In this document: one piece after another, positions 50,314 through 60,381 of the stretch | Numbering within the stretch: position 1 is the stretch's first letter | Layout of the letters: each line of letters starts with the position of its first letter | DNA from: Bdellovibrionota bacterium | Lineage (GTDB): Bacteria > Bdellovibrionota_C > UBA2361 > OMII01 | Length of the DNA: 64,000 nt | Assembly (NCBI GenBank): GCA_044345405.1 | Contig: JBIJBE010000002.1 | Coordinates: 107,600 to 171,599, forward strand | Direction: 5' to 3' | Notes under the pieces: generated by a model | What the model was told of the DNA's origin: nothing | Database searches by the model: none | The model's input: the letters and a program-made list of their open reading frames with translations, nothing else | Made by a program: the position numbers and the translations under genes

Positions 50314-51171
50314 TCACCGGTATCCAAGGTGCGTAGGGAGTCGCAAACTAAACACTACCCCAACCACCATGGAGAGCTCATTCGCTAGCTCCCGGGCGAT
50401 CACTGGATCGGGCTCCCCCTCAACGACCGCCCTGCCTATCTGTCCCAAGGTATTAATGATCCCAACCCGAGAGGAGATACTCCGCAAGGACTCCGGGCGC
50501 CGGTCGGATACGTCGGGGAAGAACTTCGCCCGTAAAGAACTATTCTGATACGCCGCTACAGAAACCGAGTACTGAAAGCTATGCATAAGATATCCAATCG
50601 CGTCCCCGCGCTGGAAATCAAAGGGCGGCATCGCCAATCCGGACTCCAAACAGCGCCTGAGGAAGGTACGATCCTCACGCCCTGCCTTCAGGCGTTCAAA
50701 AAGCCCCTGCTCCCTGAAATAGGTCGCAAGGGGGCCCCGAAGTGAGGAATCAGGGTTTTGCATGATCGCCTGAATCACCATCAAACCGCCGAGCCGGGCG
50801 CTCGTAAGGGATCTCTCACTATCAAACTGCTCGGGGCACGCAAGTCGAGGATCTCGGCTTTTAAAATAGAGCTTCGGCTCACTCACTGACGCGGTTAGCC
50901 ATGCGATAACCGGAACAAGCCCCCCCTCTTGAAATCTAGACTCCAGCACTCGAGCGATCTGAGAGGCCGCAACCAGCCTGACGCAAGAGTCTGGGTCTGT
51001 GAGCCCTAACTGCAAGGCGGGCATGCGACGACTAAGCTGAGGTGAGAACAACGCGCGACACCGCACGTTCGACGGAGACTCCTCTGACGAACTGACGGAG
51101 GCGATAATGGCTTTTGCCGGAACCATCGAGATGGACATGCGCCTTATTCTATCCGACCTCTCCAACCTCAC
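50314..51171 (-). CDS. Hypothetical protein (HEAT-like start)
   Basis: LGLTDPDSCVRLVAA HEAT-like motif; 285-aa ORF. Confidence 0.5.
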   Translation of the reverse strand: MRLERSDRIRRMSISMVPAKAIIASVSSSEESPSNVRCRALFSPQLSRRMPALQLGLTDPDSCVRLVAASQIARVLESRFQEGGLVPVIAWLTASVSEPKLYFKSRDPRLACPEQFDSERSLTSARLGGLMVIQAIMQNPDSSLRGPLATYFREQGLFERLKAGREDRTFLRRCLESGLAMPPFDFQRGDAIGYLMHSFQYSVSVAAYQNSSLRAKFFPDVSDRRPESLRSISSRVGIINTLGQIGRAVVEGEPDPVIARELANELSMVVGVVFSLRLPTHLGYR

Positions 51172-51246
51172 TCAAAGATTACGTCGCACATCCCGCGGAA
51201 CCGTGCCATTTTGGACAGGAAACGCCTCTAACGCCCAATCGGTGCA

Positions 51247-52026
51247 CTACCCTTGAGCCCTCGTTCGCAGGCATACCTCAACATCCGCGGTAGCATCCCA
51301 GAGAAGCGGGGTCGGATCGGGGAAACGAACCTTGAAAATATCGACTTGAGACGCGGGAAAATATCCATCAAGGGTCTTGTTGATATCGTTCTCACAACAC
51401 CACTCGTAGTAGTCACGCGAGATAGATTGCAGATGAAGATGGCTCCACCATCCTCCGTTATCCGGAGGGGCGCCAATATCCGCAACCACATCTCCTTTTC
51501 GCACCTCATCCCCAATCTCGACGAGGGATTTTCCAAGATGACCAAAGAGAACGTATTCCGTATCGCCGGCATCTTTTCGTGTCCGAACAACGACATAAGG
51601 CCCCCACCCGCCATCTGGATTCTTGTCGTCATCGACCCACACCACCGTACCGTCGCGCATGCAGCGCACGGGAGTGCCGGCTGGAAGACTTACGTCGATA
51701 CCGCCGTGAATAACAGGCTCTTTAAGGTATCCACCACGCCACAGGTCGGTTCTATCCTCAAGGTATCCGCCGTGACTCCAGGTAATCTCTTCCGCCGCGT
51801 GATACCGATCTACAAGCTCTTGCATAAGCAGAGGCTCTAAGAAAGGACTCCTCCCATTCACATTTCGTCCAACCGCCCAGGCGCTCGCGAGAAATCTCCG
51901 ATCGAAGGCCGCTGCCTCTCCGTTAAAATTCATCTCAAACCTGACGAGATCTGATGACAGCCGGGGAAGAGTCGCTTGTTCCAGCGCGATCCCCTGACGA
52001 GCGTGTACGATTGTGGAGGGCAACAT
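51247..52026 (-). CDS. M23 family metallopeptidase
   Basis: HGGID, FGHL, HLHLQ. Confidence 0.85.
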   Translation of the reverse strand: MLPSTIVHARQGIALEQATLPRLSSDLVRFEMNFNGEAAAFDRRFLASAWAVGRNVNGRSPFLEPLLMQELVDRYHAAEEITWSHGGYLEDRTDLWRGGYLKEPVIHGGIDVSLPAGTPVRCMRDGTVVWVDDDKNPDGGWGPYVVVRTRKDAGDTEYVLFGHLGKSLVEIGDEVRKGDVVADIGAPPDNGGWWSHLHLQSISRDYYEWCCENDINKTLDGYFPASQVDIFKVRFPDPTPLLWDATADVEVCLRTRAQG

Positions 52027-52308
52027 ATCGATAAAATCTCCAATCGAGCGGCGCCCGTTCCGTGCGCGGGCTACCTCGGCGTGGCCTTACTGTGTACCGA
52101 GTCACGGGCGCTAGGCAAATGAACCAGGACCCACTTCAGAGCAGAAAGCGAGTAAAAAACACGGTCTTAAAAAGATATAATGCAATCAAGTTGGCAACTT
52201 AGACGGCTCCATGACCCTGCCCCCGATTTTTAGGAAGAAATGTAGGGTATACTTCAGTCGGCTTTCGGCAAGAAACACTAATACTGAATTCATCCCCCCG
52301 GATACGTT

Positions 52309-52935
52309 ATGATAAAAGGACGCAATCTTCAGTTACGCGCGCTCGAAAAGGCGGATCTCCTCTTCCTTCACCAGCTGCACAACAACTACAAGACGATGAA
52401 CTATTTCTTCGAGGAGCCGTTCGAGACCGTTCGGGAGCTTGAGGACCTCTACGAAAAGCACGTTCACAACTCAACGGAACGGCGATTCGTGCTTGAAGAG
52501 AGGAGCACCGGCGCAAGCGTTGGAGTACTGAGCCTCGTCGAAATCGATGAGATAAACCGAAAATGCGAGATCGATATCATCATCGACGAGCGGTACCAGG
52601 GAAAGGGGTACGGCAAACAGGGCTTTATCCTCGGGGTTAAGTACGGTTTCGATGTCCTTAATATCTTTAAAATGTACCTGGTTCTTCTGGCTCACAACGA
52701 GCCCGGACGTCGAGTTTATCAATTCGCGGGATTTAAAAAGGAGGGGCGCCTCAAGAAGGAATTCTTCCTCAACGGAGAGTACGTCGACGCGGAGCGTATG
52801 TGCCTCTTCGACTACCAATGGAAGAGGCTCAAGAATCACCTTAACGAGTACGTAGGATTCGAGTCACCGGAAGTTCTCCCACGACCCAATCGGTCCAGAA
52901 CACACTCTCATCACGATATACAAGTAGCATCCTAG
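52309..52935 (+). CDS. speG: Spermidine N1-acetyltransferase (GNAT)
   Basis: LRALEKADL, MNYFFEEPFE, LYEKHVH..TERRF, EGRLKKEFF. Confidence 0.88.
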   Translation: MIKGRNLQLRALEKADLLFLHQLHNNYKTMNYFFEEPFETVRELEDLYEKHVHNSTERRFVLEERSTGASVGVLSLVEIDEINRKCEIDIIIDERYQGKGYGKQGFILGVKYGFDVLNIFKMYLVLLAHNEPGRRVYQFAGFKKEGRLKKEFFLNGEYVDAERMCLFDYQWKRLKNHLNEYVGFESPEVLPRPNRSRTHSHHDIQVAS

Positions 52936-53069
52936 GCTACGGAGGTGCGCCCATCGGCGAGCGGGATCGTCCTCCCGTGACGATGAAAGTGTGAGTTCGC
53001 GCGCGTCCTATGGAGACCGAGATGCGGATATTCCAGAAAAAACCTTCAAACGAATACCCGCATCATGAT

Positions 53070-53456
53070 TCACACCTCGACTACTTGCGAACCAGCAAAA
53101 TAGTCATGGAGAGCCCGCTCATTCTCAGAGAGAACCAGGAGCCACCCGAGGGGAATCAAACGAATGACCGCACGCGCAACAGACTGACGACGGGAAAGTC
53201 GTTGTCCATCGAGGGTGGTCACCCGAATACGCATCACCTGTTTGCCGACGGTCGCTCCTTGCGGAGAGGCTTCCATCGCGGCGAAATACACCACGGTAAG
53301 AAGCATACCGATTGCGGCTGGCCCACTCAGAGCGGCGTGACCGATCTGTATGGTATGGATGTGAAACACGGAGTGAATCGCTTCAACTCCGAAGCTAATT
53401 AGGAAGCCGTCAAGAATGACGGCCGCTATACGACTTGTTGTTTGTGCCTTTGTCAT
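53070..53456 (-). CDS. RDD family membrane protein
   Basis: RIAAVILD, GATVGKQVMRIRV, ALHDYFAGSQVV. Confidence 0.85.
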   Translation of the reverse strand: MTKAQTTSRIAAVILDGFLISFGVEAIHSVFHIHTIQIGHAALSGPAAIGMLLTVVYFAAMEASPQGATVGKQVMRIRVTTLDGQRLSRRQSVARAVIRLIPLGWLLVLSENERALHDYFAGSQVVEV

Positions 53457-53786
53457 GGGGTTGTTGGGGTTGGTATTTTGCGATGCATTGACTAGATCGT
53501 AACGAAACCTTCGAACGGCCTATACGCATCTCGCTCACCAATCGAGAGCGCGCGAACTACCCATACCAATGACCGGACCGCTAGATATCCGGGGCCTAAA
53601 AAGAACAGAGCCGGCAATCTTACCGGATATCAGTTTCTAGGGGAAGTTTTCTATCAGAGCCCCCGAGGGCTCTATTCGCTCGCGTCCACGGCCAGACTAC
53701 ATCGTCATCAAAACCGGCACGCGCCACCCCGAGAGTGCGCGAAAAGTCCCCTACTACAACCTTCTTTGCTCTGCTAACTTCCCTGT

Positions 53787-55745
53787 ATGACAACACCTTC
53801 TCGTGACATCTTGCATCGCTATCGGGTTGCGCTGTGCGCGCTTATCGTCACCGTCGCAAGCTACGTCACGTACGTGTCCGGCTACGACAAGCCGAGCGCA
53901 CTATTCTGGGACGAGAACTACCACATCGCCTCAGCGCAACATTACCTCAATCGAGACTTCTTCATGGAGCCCCATCCGCCACTCGGAAAGCTTCTCATCG
54001 CGCTCGGGGAGTACGCTCTTGCACCGAACGAACGGGTGGACCAGTTTCGAAACACCGACCATGGCACGGGGGAGAGCTTACCCCCCGGCTTCTCTTTCGC
54101 TGGCTACCGGCTCATCCCGACCCTTCTCGCCTGGCTCACAGCGCCCCTACTCTTTCTCACCGCATGGATCATCAGCGGGCGGATCGTGTTCGCGCTCCTC
54201 CCAGCGGCGCTCTATACCTTCGATAACGGCCTTATAGTTCACAGTCGCGCCGCGATGCTCGAGGGACCCCAACTGTTCTTCGTAGTCGCCGCCCTTCTCT
54301 CGTTTTTTGCTGTGGTGAAGGGGACGGTCCGAGAGCGTTACAGGCCGATCGTAGTATGCCTATTCGGAGCCGCACTTGGCGCCGCGATTGGAACCAAAGT
54401 AAACGCCCTGGTGCTCTCGATCTTAATTCCGCTCCTGCTCACTCTCCCCGGCACCGTGCGCTCGAGACTAACACTCGTCTTCAACGCGATCGCGAGCGCT
54501 GGGCTCGTCTATACCACAATATGGTGCGTTCACCTCTCCGTAGCGCAACATCGAAACCCCAAACTGAAGGAGAGCGGGTACTACACAACCGATCCAGCGA
54601 TTCGCGGTATAATCGACCATCCCGAGGAGCGTGGCTTTGGTGACGTTCTGAAGTTGATAAAGGCGGGAGCCATCGATTACCTCGCTCACTACCAAAAAGG
54701 GGTCCCAAACCTCGACCTCTGCAAGACGAGCGAGAACGGTAGTCCGGCATTTTTGTGGCCGTTCGGTGGCCGCACGATTCAGTATCGATGGGAGACCGCA
54801 CCCGGCAACTCGGCGAGATATCTTTACCTTGTACCTAATCCAGTGGGATGGTTTCTCGCCTTAGCGTCCCTTGCGATCGCGACATCCCTCCTTATCGGCG
54901 CGACCTTCGGCCCGCGGGTTATGCGTCTCAAAAATCTCCCTACTATCGCACTTCTCGTCGCGATGTATGGGGGATACATGGTGGGTATGGGGCAGATAAC
55001 CCGTGTGCTCTATCTCTATCACTACTTCATTCCTCTCTTGCTCGCTTTTTTACTCACCTCCGTCATGTGTGGGGAGATAGATCGAATTGGCCCCGTGATG
55101 GTCACGGAGCGACGCAAGGTGGGTTTCGTCGCGGCCTGTATCTCCCTCACCTCTCTCTGCTACATCTGGTACTCACCGTTTACCTACTACAAGCCGATCG
55201 GGGACCGAGAGCTGGCGAAACGTGCCCTGTTCTCCTTTTGGGACTTACGATGCTCAGGATGCCCCCGCACTAACTTGTTGGCATCAGGTGGAACCCCAAC
55301 TATCTTCACCCCTCGATTCGCCGTGAGCGATGTCAAACCGACAACGGTAAAGCAAGGGTGGGGTCAGCCACGACTTGGGTTCAGCGTAGACGGGAGATCG
55401 GTGACAGCGGGTGGGGTGCCCTATCCCTCCTGCTTCGGAATGCACAGCAACGCTATCCTCACGTATCCCATCAAGGGGCGCTTCCTCCGACTTACGGGAG
55501 AGGCTGGATTGCCGGATTACGTCGCTGGCACACGGGGCAGCGTCACATTTGAGGTTGAGGGAGATGGAAGGAAGTTATGGGAGAGTCCAACCGTCCGAGG
55601 GGGAGATCCCGCATTGAGACTGGACATACCTATCGTCGGCATAGACACCCTTATCCTAAGGATCCGCGACGCGGGTGACGGCACCTCACACGACCACGGT
55701 TTCTGGGCTAATCTGCGCTTCGAGGAATCTGCTTCACCACATTAG
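53787..55745 (+). CDS. Protein O-mannosyltransferase-like (GT39/PMT) fused to C-terminal NPCBM/NEW2 domain
   Basis: FWDENYH, HPPLGKLLIA, RVLYLYHY; C-terminal FGMHSN...GSVTFEVEGDG..LWES...DHGFWAN. Confidence 0.85.
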   Translation: MTTPSRDILHRYRVALCALIVTVASYVTYVSGYDKPSALFWDENYHIASAQHYLNRDFFMEPHPPLGKLLIALGEYALAPNERVDQFRNTDHGTGESLPPGFSFAGYRLIPTLLAWLTAPLLFLTAWIISGRIVFALLPAALYTFDNGLIVHSRAAMLEGPQLFFVVAALLSFFAVVKGTVRERYRPIVVCLFGAALGAAIGTKVNALVLSILIPLLLTLPGTVRSRLTLVFNAIASAGLVYTTIWCVHLSVAQHRNPKLKESGYYTTDPAIRGIIDHPEERGFGDVLKLIKAGAIDYLAHYQKGVPNLDLCKTSENGSPAFLWPFGGRTIQYRWETAPGNSARYLYLVPNPVGWFLALASLAIATSLLIGATFGPRVMRLKNLPTIALLVAMYGGYMVGMGQITRVLYLYHYFIPLLLAFLLTSVMCGEIDRIGPVMVTERRKVGFVAACISLTSLCYIWYSPFTYYKPIGDRELAKRALFSFWDLRCSGCPRTNLLASGGTPTIFTPRFAVSDVKPTTVKQGWGQPRLGFSVDGRSVTAGGVPYPSCFGMHSNAILTYPIKGRFLRLTGEAGLPDYVAGTRGSVTFEVEGDGRKLWESPTVRGGDPALRLDIPIVGIDTLILRIRDAGDGTSHDHGFWANLRFEESASPH

Positions 55746-56512
55746 CGAGACGGGCTCCCTACGCCAGAAGCGCTTACAGCTTCGTTATGCGAAAGAGCTA
55801 CGATCGCGAAGTCGGATTCAAAATAGCGTCGAAACTCCTGCTTAGTTTCCGTCAATAGGCGCAACGTTCTCGGACCAATCGCGGTGTCATTCGCGCCAGC
55901 GTCCTCCTTGGAATGGGGAAAGTTGGAGGTGATGTTCGCGATCTGGGTGATCATGGCGCGCCTCTTGTGGCAACGTCGACCAAAATCTCCATCCAGAGCA
56001 AGAGGAGGCGCTGGGGTTTCGAGGTAGCTCTTGAGCCATTTCGCTCTCGACAAGGTATCGGCACGCCACGGAGAGGCCTGCGTCTGGGCGAGCTTGAGGA
56101 GCGCATGATGGTGAGCCTCGCCCTGCTGAATACTTGCAGGAAGGCCAACGTTCAAAAGGTGTTGAAGCACCACAACGGTCTGAGCACCCTCGTGAGGTTC
56201 GTACGCGTTTCGAACATAGGAGAGCGGCTGTTGCGTTTTACCACTCTCCCATATCCCCTGAAGTATGGCGTGCACTCGGGGATTCATGAGGGAGGACCTC
56301 ACTTCGGCCGGAAGTCCAGGATCACGGAAGAGGGCCGTAACCTCCCTGTCGGGGGCCAATGCGGGCACCGCCGGTAGGGATGCCTTCGCCAGGTTCGCCC
56401 CCTCCTTCTCTGGGGCAACCGCCTCGGTTCGCTTGTGACAGCCGGTGAGCAACGTGGCGGCAGTGGCAAGGACGGCCGCCGTGTTTCGGATGTGGTTTGA
56501 GATATCTTTCAT
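55742..56512 (-). CDS. Hypothetical lipoprotein with degenerate peptidoglycan-binding motif
   Basis: Lipobox LLTGC; LQHLLN...DGDFG...IGPRTL. Confidence 0.6.
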   Translation of the reverse strand: MKDISNHIRNTAAVLATAATLLTGCHKRTEAVAPEKEGANLAKASLPAVPALAPDREVTALFRDPGLPAEVRSSLMNPRVHAILQGIWESGKTQQPLSYVRNAYEPHEGAQTVVVLQHLLNVGLPASIQQGEAHHHALLKLAQTQASPWRADTLSRAKWLKSYLETPAPPLALDGDFGRRCHKRRAMITQIANITSNFPHSKEDAGANDTAIGPRTLRLLTETKQEFRRYFESDFAIVALSHNEAVSASGVGSPSR

Positions 56513-56968
56513 AGAGGGGGGACTCCTGTAAGGATTATGAAGGAGCTGCCATATTTTGTTACACACGCAGAGGACGCGGGGCACATGCAGTCGGATGGAA
56601 ACAGATACCGACTCGTCGGTCGAGACACCGACACCGAACCTACCTAGGAAAATCCACCACTCTTCGCGCAATCACGACCACCATCGCCTCCATTTCGGAG
56701 CTCGCGACGTCACCTCCCTCAAAACTCGAGAGCTCACTTCCGGATTGCGTGACGAAGCCCGCAAGGCAAACACCCCACATTGCGCCGTCTCGCCATCCTG
56801 AAGCGCTGAGCCGAGAGGGAAATTTTTTAGTTACCTTACTTGTCAAGGTGGCAAAGGTACCTTAGGCTCCTTGTCTACCGAGACAAAAGAGCGGCCGGGG
56901 ATGGGATGAATGCGCCTCTCGTCTCCAGCGTAGCGAGATAGAGAAAGGAACGGTCAACAAAGCGATTA

Positions 56969-57997
56969 ATGAATAATCCTTTTCAAAGCTTCCTGCCACC
57001 ACATGGCGACCACACGTCCACACCGTCCGTGCGAGGCGACACCTCTCGGCGATCGAACTACCAGCAGGACGAGACTCACTTTCTCGATGGGGTCTCCTTC
57101 CCCCCCGCTCGAGGGCGATCTGGATGGACCGCTGGTTTTTCTGAAGATATTGAACGCGCACGCTCGTACATTACCACCTCTCCCCAGCTCGACCTGCAGG
57201 TCGTCGATTTAAGGTTGCTATTCGAACGAGACGCCGCCGAGGCGCTGAAGTTATTCGACCGATGCTATGCTCTCTATCGCCGGAGCTTCACCGACCCAAA
57301 CGAAATAGCACCAGAGACCGCTCTCATTAAAGCCCTCCTCCGCACAAGCAATCCTTGTCACATGCTGGTACTTATGCAGGGAAGCGATGTTATCGGCGTT
57401 CGGCATTCCTCAATCCTTAAAACCGACTGTGCTGAGTTAGGAACGTGCGCCTTCGATGAATATCTCTATGTAGATCCCTCTGTACGCAAAGGCGGCATCG
57501 GCAAGGCTTTACTGGAAAAGACCGACCGCATTCTTGCCTCGTGGGGGATCCGATTCGCGTTCGCGGAAATAAACGATCCTAATGTCATGACACCGGAACT
57601 CGTTCGTAAGGACCTGGAATCCGGAATATCACCGGAGCAACGATTGCGGTTCTGGAAGAAGTGCGGCTACGAGGGGATCGACGCCCCATACCTCCAGCCC
57701 CCTCTCACCCAGGAACTTGATGCGGTGCTTCACCTCCGGATCGCCATCAAACAGATCAAAGGAATGATGGCGGCGAGTGTACCCAGCAAATCCTTCATCG
57801 CTTTGCTACGAACCTTTCACTCCACTTTTGTCCCCGATGTGAACTACTGTGAGAGTGCGGGTCGCCTCTACGAGGAGATCAAGCGGACTCGACCAGTTCG
57901 CACACCGATCATCCCACTCGACGATCCTCGGTCAGCTCTTGGTCCATGGGTACCGGAAAATAAGGATAATTCTCAGACGAGAACCTTCGACGCCTAG
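56969..57997 (+). CDS. GNAT family acetyltransferase
   Basis: YLYVDPSVRKGGIGKALL, RLRFWKKCGY, YLQPPL. Confidence 0.8.
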   Translation: MNNPFQSFLPPHGDHTSTPSVRGDTSRRSNYQQDETHFLDGVSFPPARGRSGWTAGFSEDIERARSYITTSPQLDLQVVDLRLLFERDAAEALKLFDRCYALYRRSFTDPNEIAPETALIKALLRTSNPCHMLVLMQGSDVIGVRHSSILKTDCAELGTCAFDEYLYVDPSVRKGGIGKALLEKTDRILASWGIRFAFAEINDPNVMTPELVRKDLESGISPEQRLRFWKKCGYEGIDAPYLQPPLTQELDAVLHLRIAIKQIKGMMAASVPSKSFIALLRTFHSTFVPDVNYCESAGRLYEEIKRTRPVRTPIIPLDDPRSALGPWVPENKDNSQTRTFDA

Positions 57998-58055
57998 GCG
58001 CTATCTAGAGAAATACAAAAAATCCTCTGAGCTACAAACGGCAGTCCAGCTGGCT

Positions 58056-59315
58056 TTAGCTCACGGGGCACCCAGCGAATGAGACCGTACCCGTCGTAGA
58101 CGAGGGAGATGATGGTGTCCATGCCCCCACACCATACCAGTTGTGCAATCCATTGACGTAACAGACGCCCCAAAATGTGTACGCGGCGGAGGCCCGGTCG
58201 CCAGCGGAATTCAGTTGAATGACCCCCGTAACACCAGAGTAGCCGTTTGCCGCTCGGGCGAACGCCTTGCGGTCATCCGGCCCCCCTGTTCCAAACGCGG
58301 GATCCGAAATAAATGCGTTCGCCATAATCATCACGGCGTCATACGCGGCGAGCGCAAACCCGTCAGGCATGGTCTGGCCCGTACCGCTCATAATTCGTTG
58401 AGCGTCATCGAGCTTGTCAGCCGGAATGCCAAGGTTAGGACTCGGAACTCCATCAGCTTCGGCGGAGAAAAAGGCCGGTCCAGCCGACGTTACGATATCC
58501 GGATTCTGACTTACTCCATCCGAACCGAAGAACGGAACACCCTGAAGAGCGGGCACACCGCGAGCGTCAGCGAAAAGGTCCGCCACCTCATCGAATCCCG
58601 CTACGTATACCCCTACGCCACTCGCAGCCCCTCCCGCCGCGGTTACCGCGTCACCGATGGCCTGCGCGACATCACTGAAGTCGCTTCCATGATTGGATGA
58701 GTAGACGATCGGCGGTGCAAGGGCGATGCCGGCGGCTGAGAGCTTCGGCCGGAGCGCGGTCACCAACTCCGTATTGCCAACATCAGCGCGATTCACGGTG
58801 ACAATCGCGCGCAATCCTTGCGAGACGATAAGATCCGAGGTGGCCTGCACCTCCACAAAGCTGGTCGGACACATTCGATACAATGCGTCGTTAGGGATTG
58901 CTAGAGATTGGGCGGTGCTTGATTCGCTCACCACCAAGGCACCAGCGGCGTTCGCCACGGGAAGAACAGCTTGCGCCTGACTACTAGAGGAGGGCCCAAC
59001 GAATACCCGAACCCCTGAATCGAGGAGCGCCTGCATCTGTTGCGCGGCTTGCTCAGGATTCCCGCCGGTATCTCGAACCTCTATACCAAGCACTACCCCA
59101 AGAGCCTTCGCGTCCTCCTGCGCTTGGAGGATAACCTGCTCAACGTACTGGTCAGACCCACTCGCGTCACCGGAGAGATCGAGGAGGGCTCCGATCCGCA
59201 CATCCGCGTCGACCGGGTCTTCACCCCCGCCCCCTCCCCCCATATTGCATCCGAACACGGAGAGAGTAGACACAACGAGGAGCGCCGAGAGTAGCTTTGC
59301 AAACAAGATTTTCAT
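58056..59315 (-). CDS. ABC substrate-binding lipoprotein (branched-chain amino acid/LivJ-like)
   Basis: Lipobox VFGC; IGALLDLSG, RDTGG, VGPSSS, AYDAV, GVTGVIQLNSAGDR. Confidence 0.85.
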   Translation of the reverse strand: MKILFAKLLSALLVVSTLSVFGCNMGGGGGGEDPVDADVRIGALLDLSGDASGSDQYVEQVILQAQEDAKALGVVLGIEVRDTGGNPEQAAQQMQALLDSGVRVFVGPSSSSQAQAVLPVANAAGALVVSESSTAQSLAIPNDALYRMCPTSFVEVQATSDLIVSQGLRAIVTVNRADVGNTELVTALRPKLSAAGIALAPPIVYSSNHGSDFSDVAQAIGDAVTAAGGAASGVGVYVAGFDEVADLFADARGVPALQGVPFFGSDGVSQNPDIVTSAGPAFFSAEADGVPSPNLGIPADKLDDAQRIMSGTGQTMPDGFALAAYDAVMIMANAFISDPAFGTGGPDDRKAFARAANGYSGVTGVIQLNSAGDRASAAYTFWGVCYVNGLHNWYGVGAWTPSSPSSTTGTVSFAGCPVS

Positions 59316-59562
59316 GATAAGGAACCTACCCCCTCTTGTTCATGTTGGGGAGTGCAAATCGATAGAAATCACTGACTTTACCCTTCGCATCGGGGTAATT
59401 GAACGCCCCCCACTAACCCACATGCATCGTATCGACGCCCCGCAGCATCTATCCAACGAGGGCTAATAGGCTCTCTCATTCGTTGCCTGGCGAGGGACTT
59501 AGGGCGGTAGTCCCGTTGATCGCAGCGCCGCCAGGACTCACACCTCCTTCGCAAGGTTCCGC

Positions 59563-60363
59563 ATGGAATGGAGATACAACAACCCAGCATTCGAAGTTGA
59601 CCCGGTTCAACCCGCACTCCAGGAATCTCCGTGGAGTGGTCATCGCAAATTCGCCTACGACCTCGTGCTCGCGGTGCGACCACAGAGCATTGTCGAGCTT
59701 GGCGCTTTCGTCGGAGCCTCCCTCTTCGCGTTCGCTCAAGCGATAAAGGACAGCGACCTCACAACCTCACTGACGGCCGTCGACACCTGGCTCGGTGATG
59801 AACACGCCGGATACTACGGAGATGGGGTATACCAATTTGTCCATGATGTAAGCTCTAAGGTTTTTCCGGCACAGAATATTAGACTCCTTCGCAAGACTTT
59901 TCTTGAAGCCCGCGCCGACGTCGTGGACAACAGCGTATCGATCCTCCACATCGATGGACTTCACACCTACGAAGCGGTGAAGGAAGATTTCGAGACGTGG
60001 CTGTGTAAGATGGCTCCTGACGGAATCGTGCTGTTTCACGACGTAGCGACCGACAGGGACTACGGCTCAGTCACCTACTGGCGCGAGCTGTCAGAAAGGT
60101 ATCCATCCCTTACGTTCCACCACAGTCACGGCCTCGGTGTTCTCTTTCCAAAGGGTGACCGATACCGTCCGCTCGTCATGGGCGCGGATTGGATCGCGCG
60201 AAACATGCTGTACGCGCTCGACTTCGTCGCCCAGTCAAACGCTCTCCTCGTATCGCGGTTCAACGCGAAGATTGAGGAGCAGGCCAATCAGATCGTCCAT
60301 CTTGAGAGAGCCCTCAAGGAGCGCGAGGCCGTCATCGCGAAGAGCGCTCGGGCCACAGGCTAA
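59563..60363 (+). CDS. Class I SAM-dependent methyltransferase (Methyltransf_24-like)
   Basis: VELG, VDTW.GDEHAG, LHIDGLHTYEAV, FHD. Confidence 0.88.
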   Translation: MEWRYNNPAFEVDPVQPALQESPWSGHRKFAYDLVLAVRPQSIVELGAFVGASLFAFAQAIKDSDLTTSLTAVDTWLGDEHAGYYGDGVYQFVHDVSSKVFPAQNIRLLRKTFLEARADVVDNSVSILHIDGLHTYEAVKEDFETWLCKMAPDGIVLFHDVATDRDYGSVTYWRELSERYPSLTFHHSHGLGVLFPKGDRYRPLVMGADWIARNMLYALDFVAQSNALLVSRFNAKIEEQANQIVHLERALKEREAVIAKSARATG

Positions 60364-60381
60364 GTATCACGTAGGACCGCC

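Noticed and set aside
53500-53640. Possible c-di-GMP-I riboswitch (TCCGGGGCCTAA...CCGGATAT)
   Set aside because: The GGCAAAC/GNRA-receptor core was not found; only a simple GATATCCGG/CCGGATATC stem.
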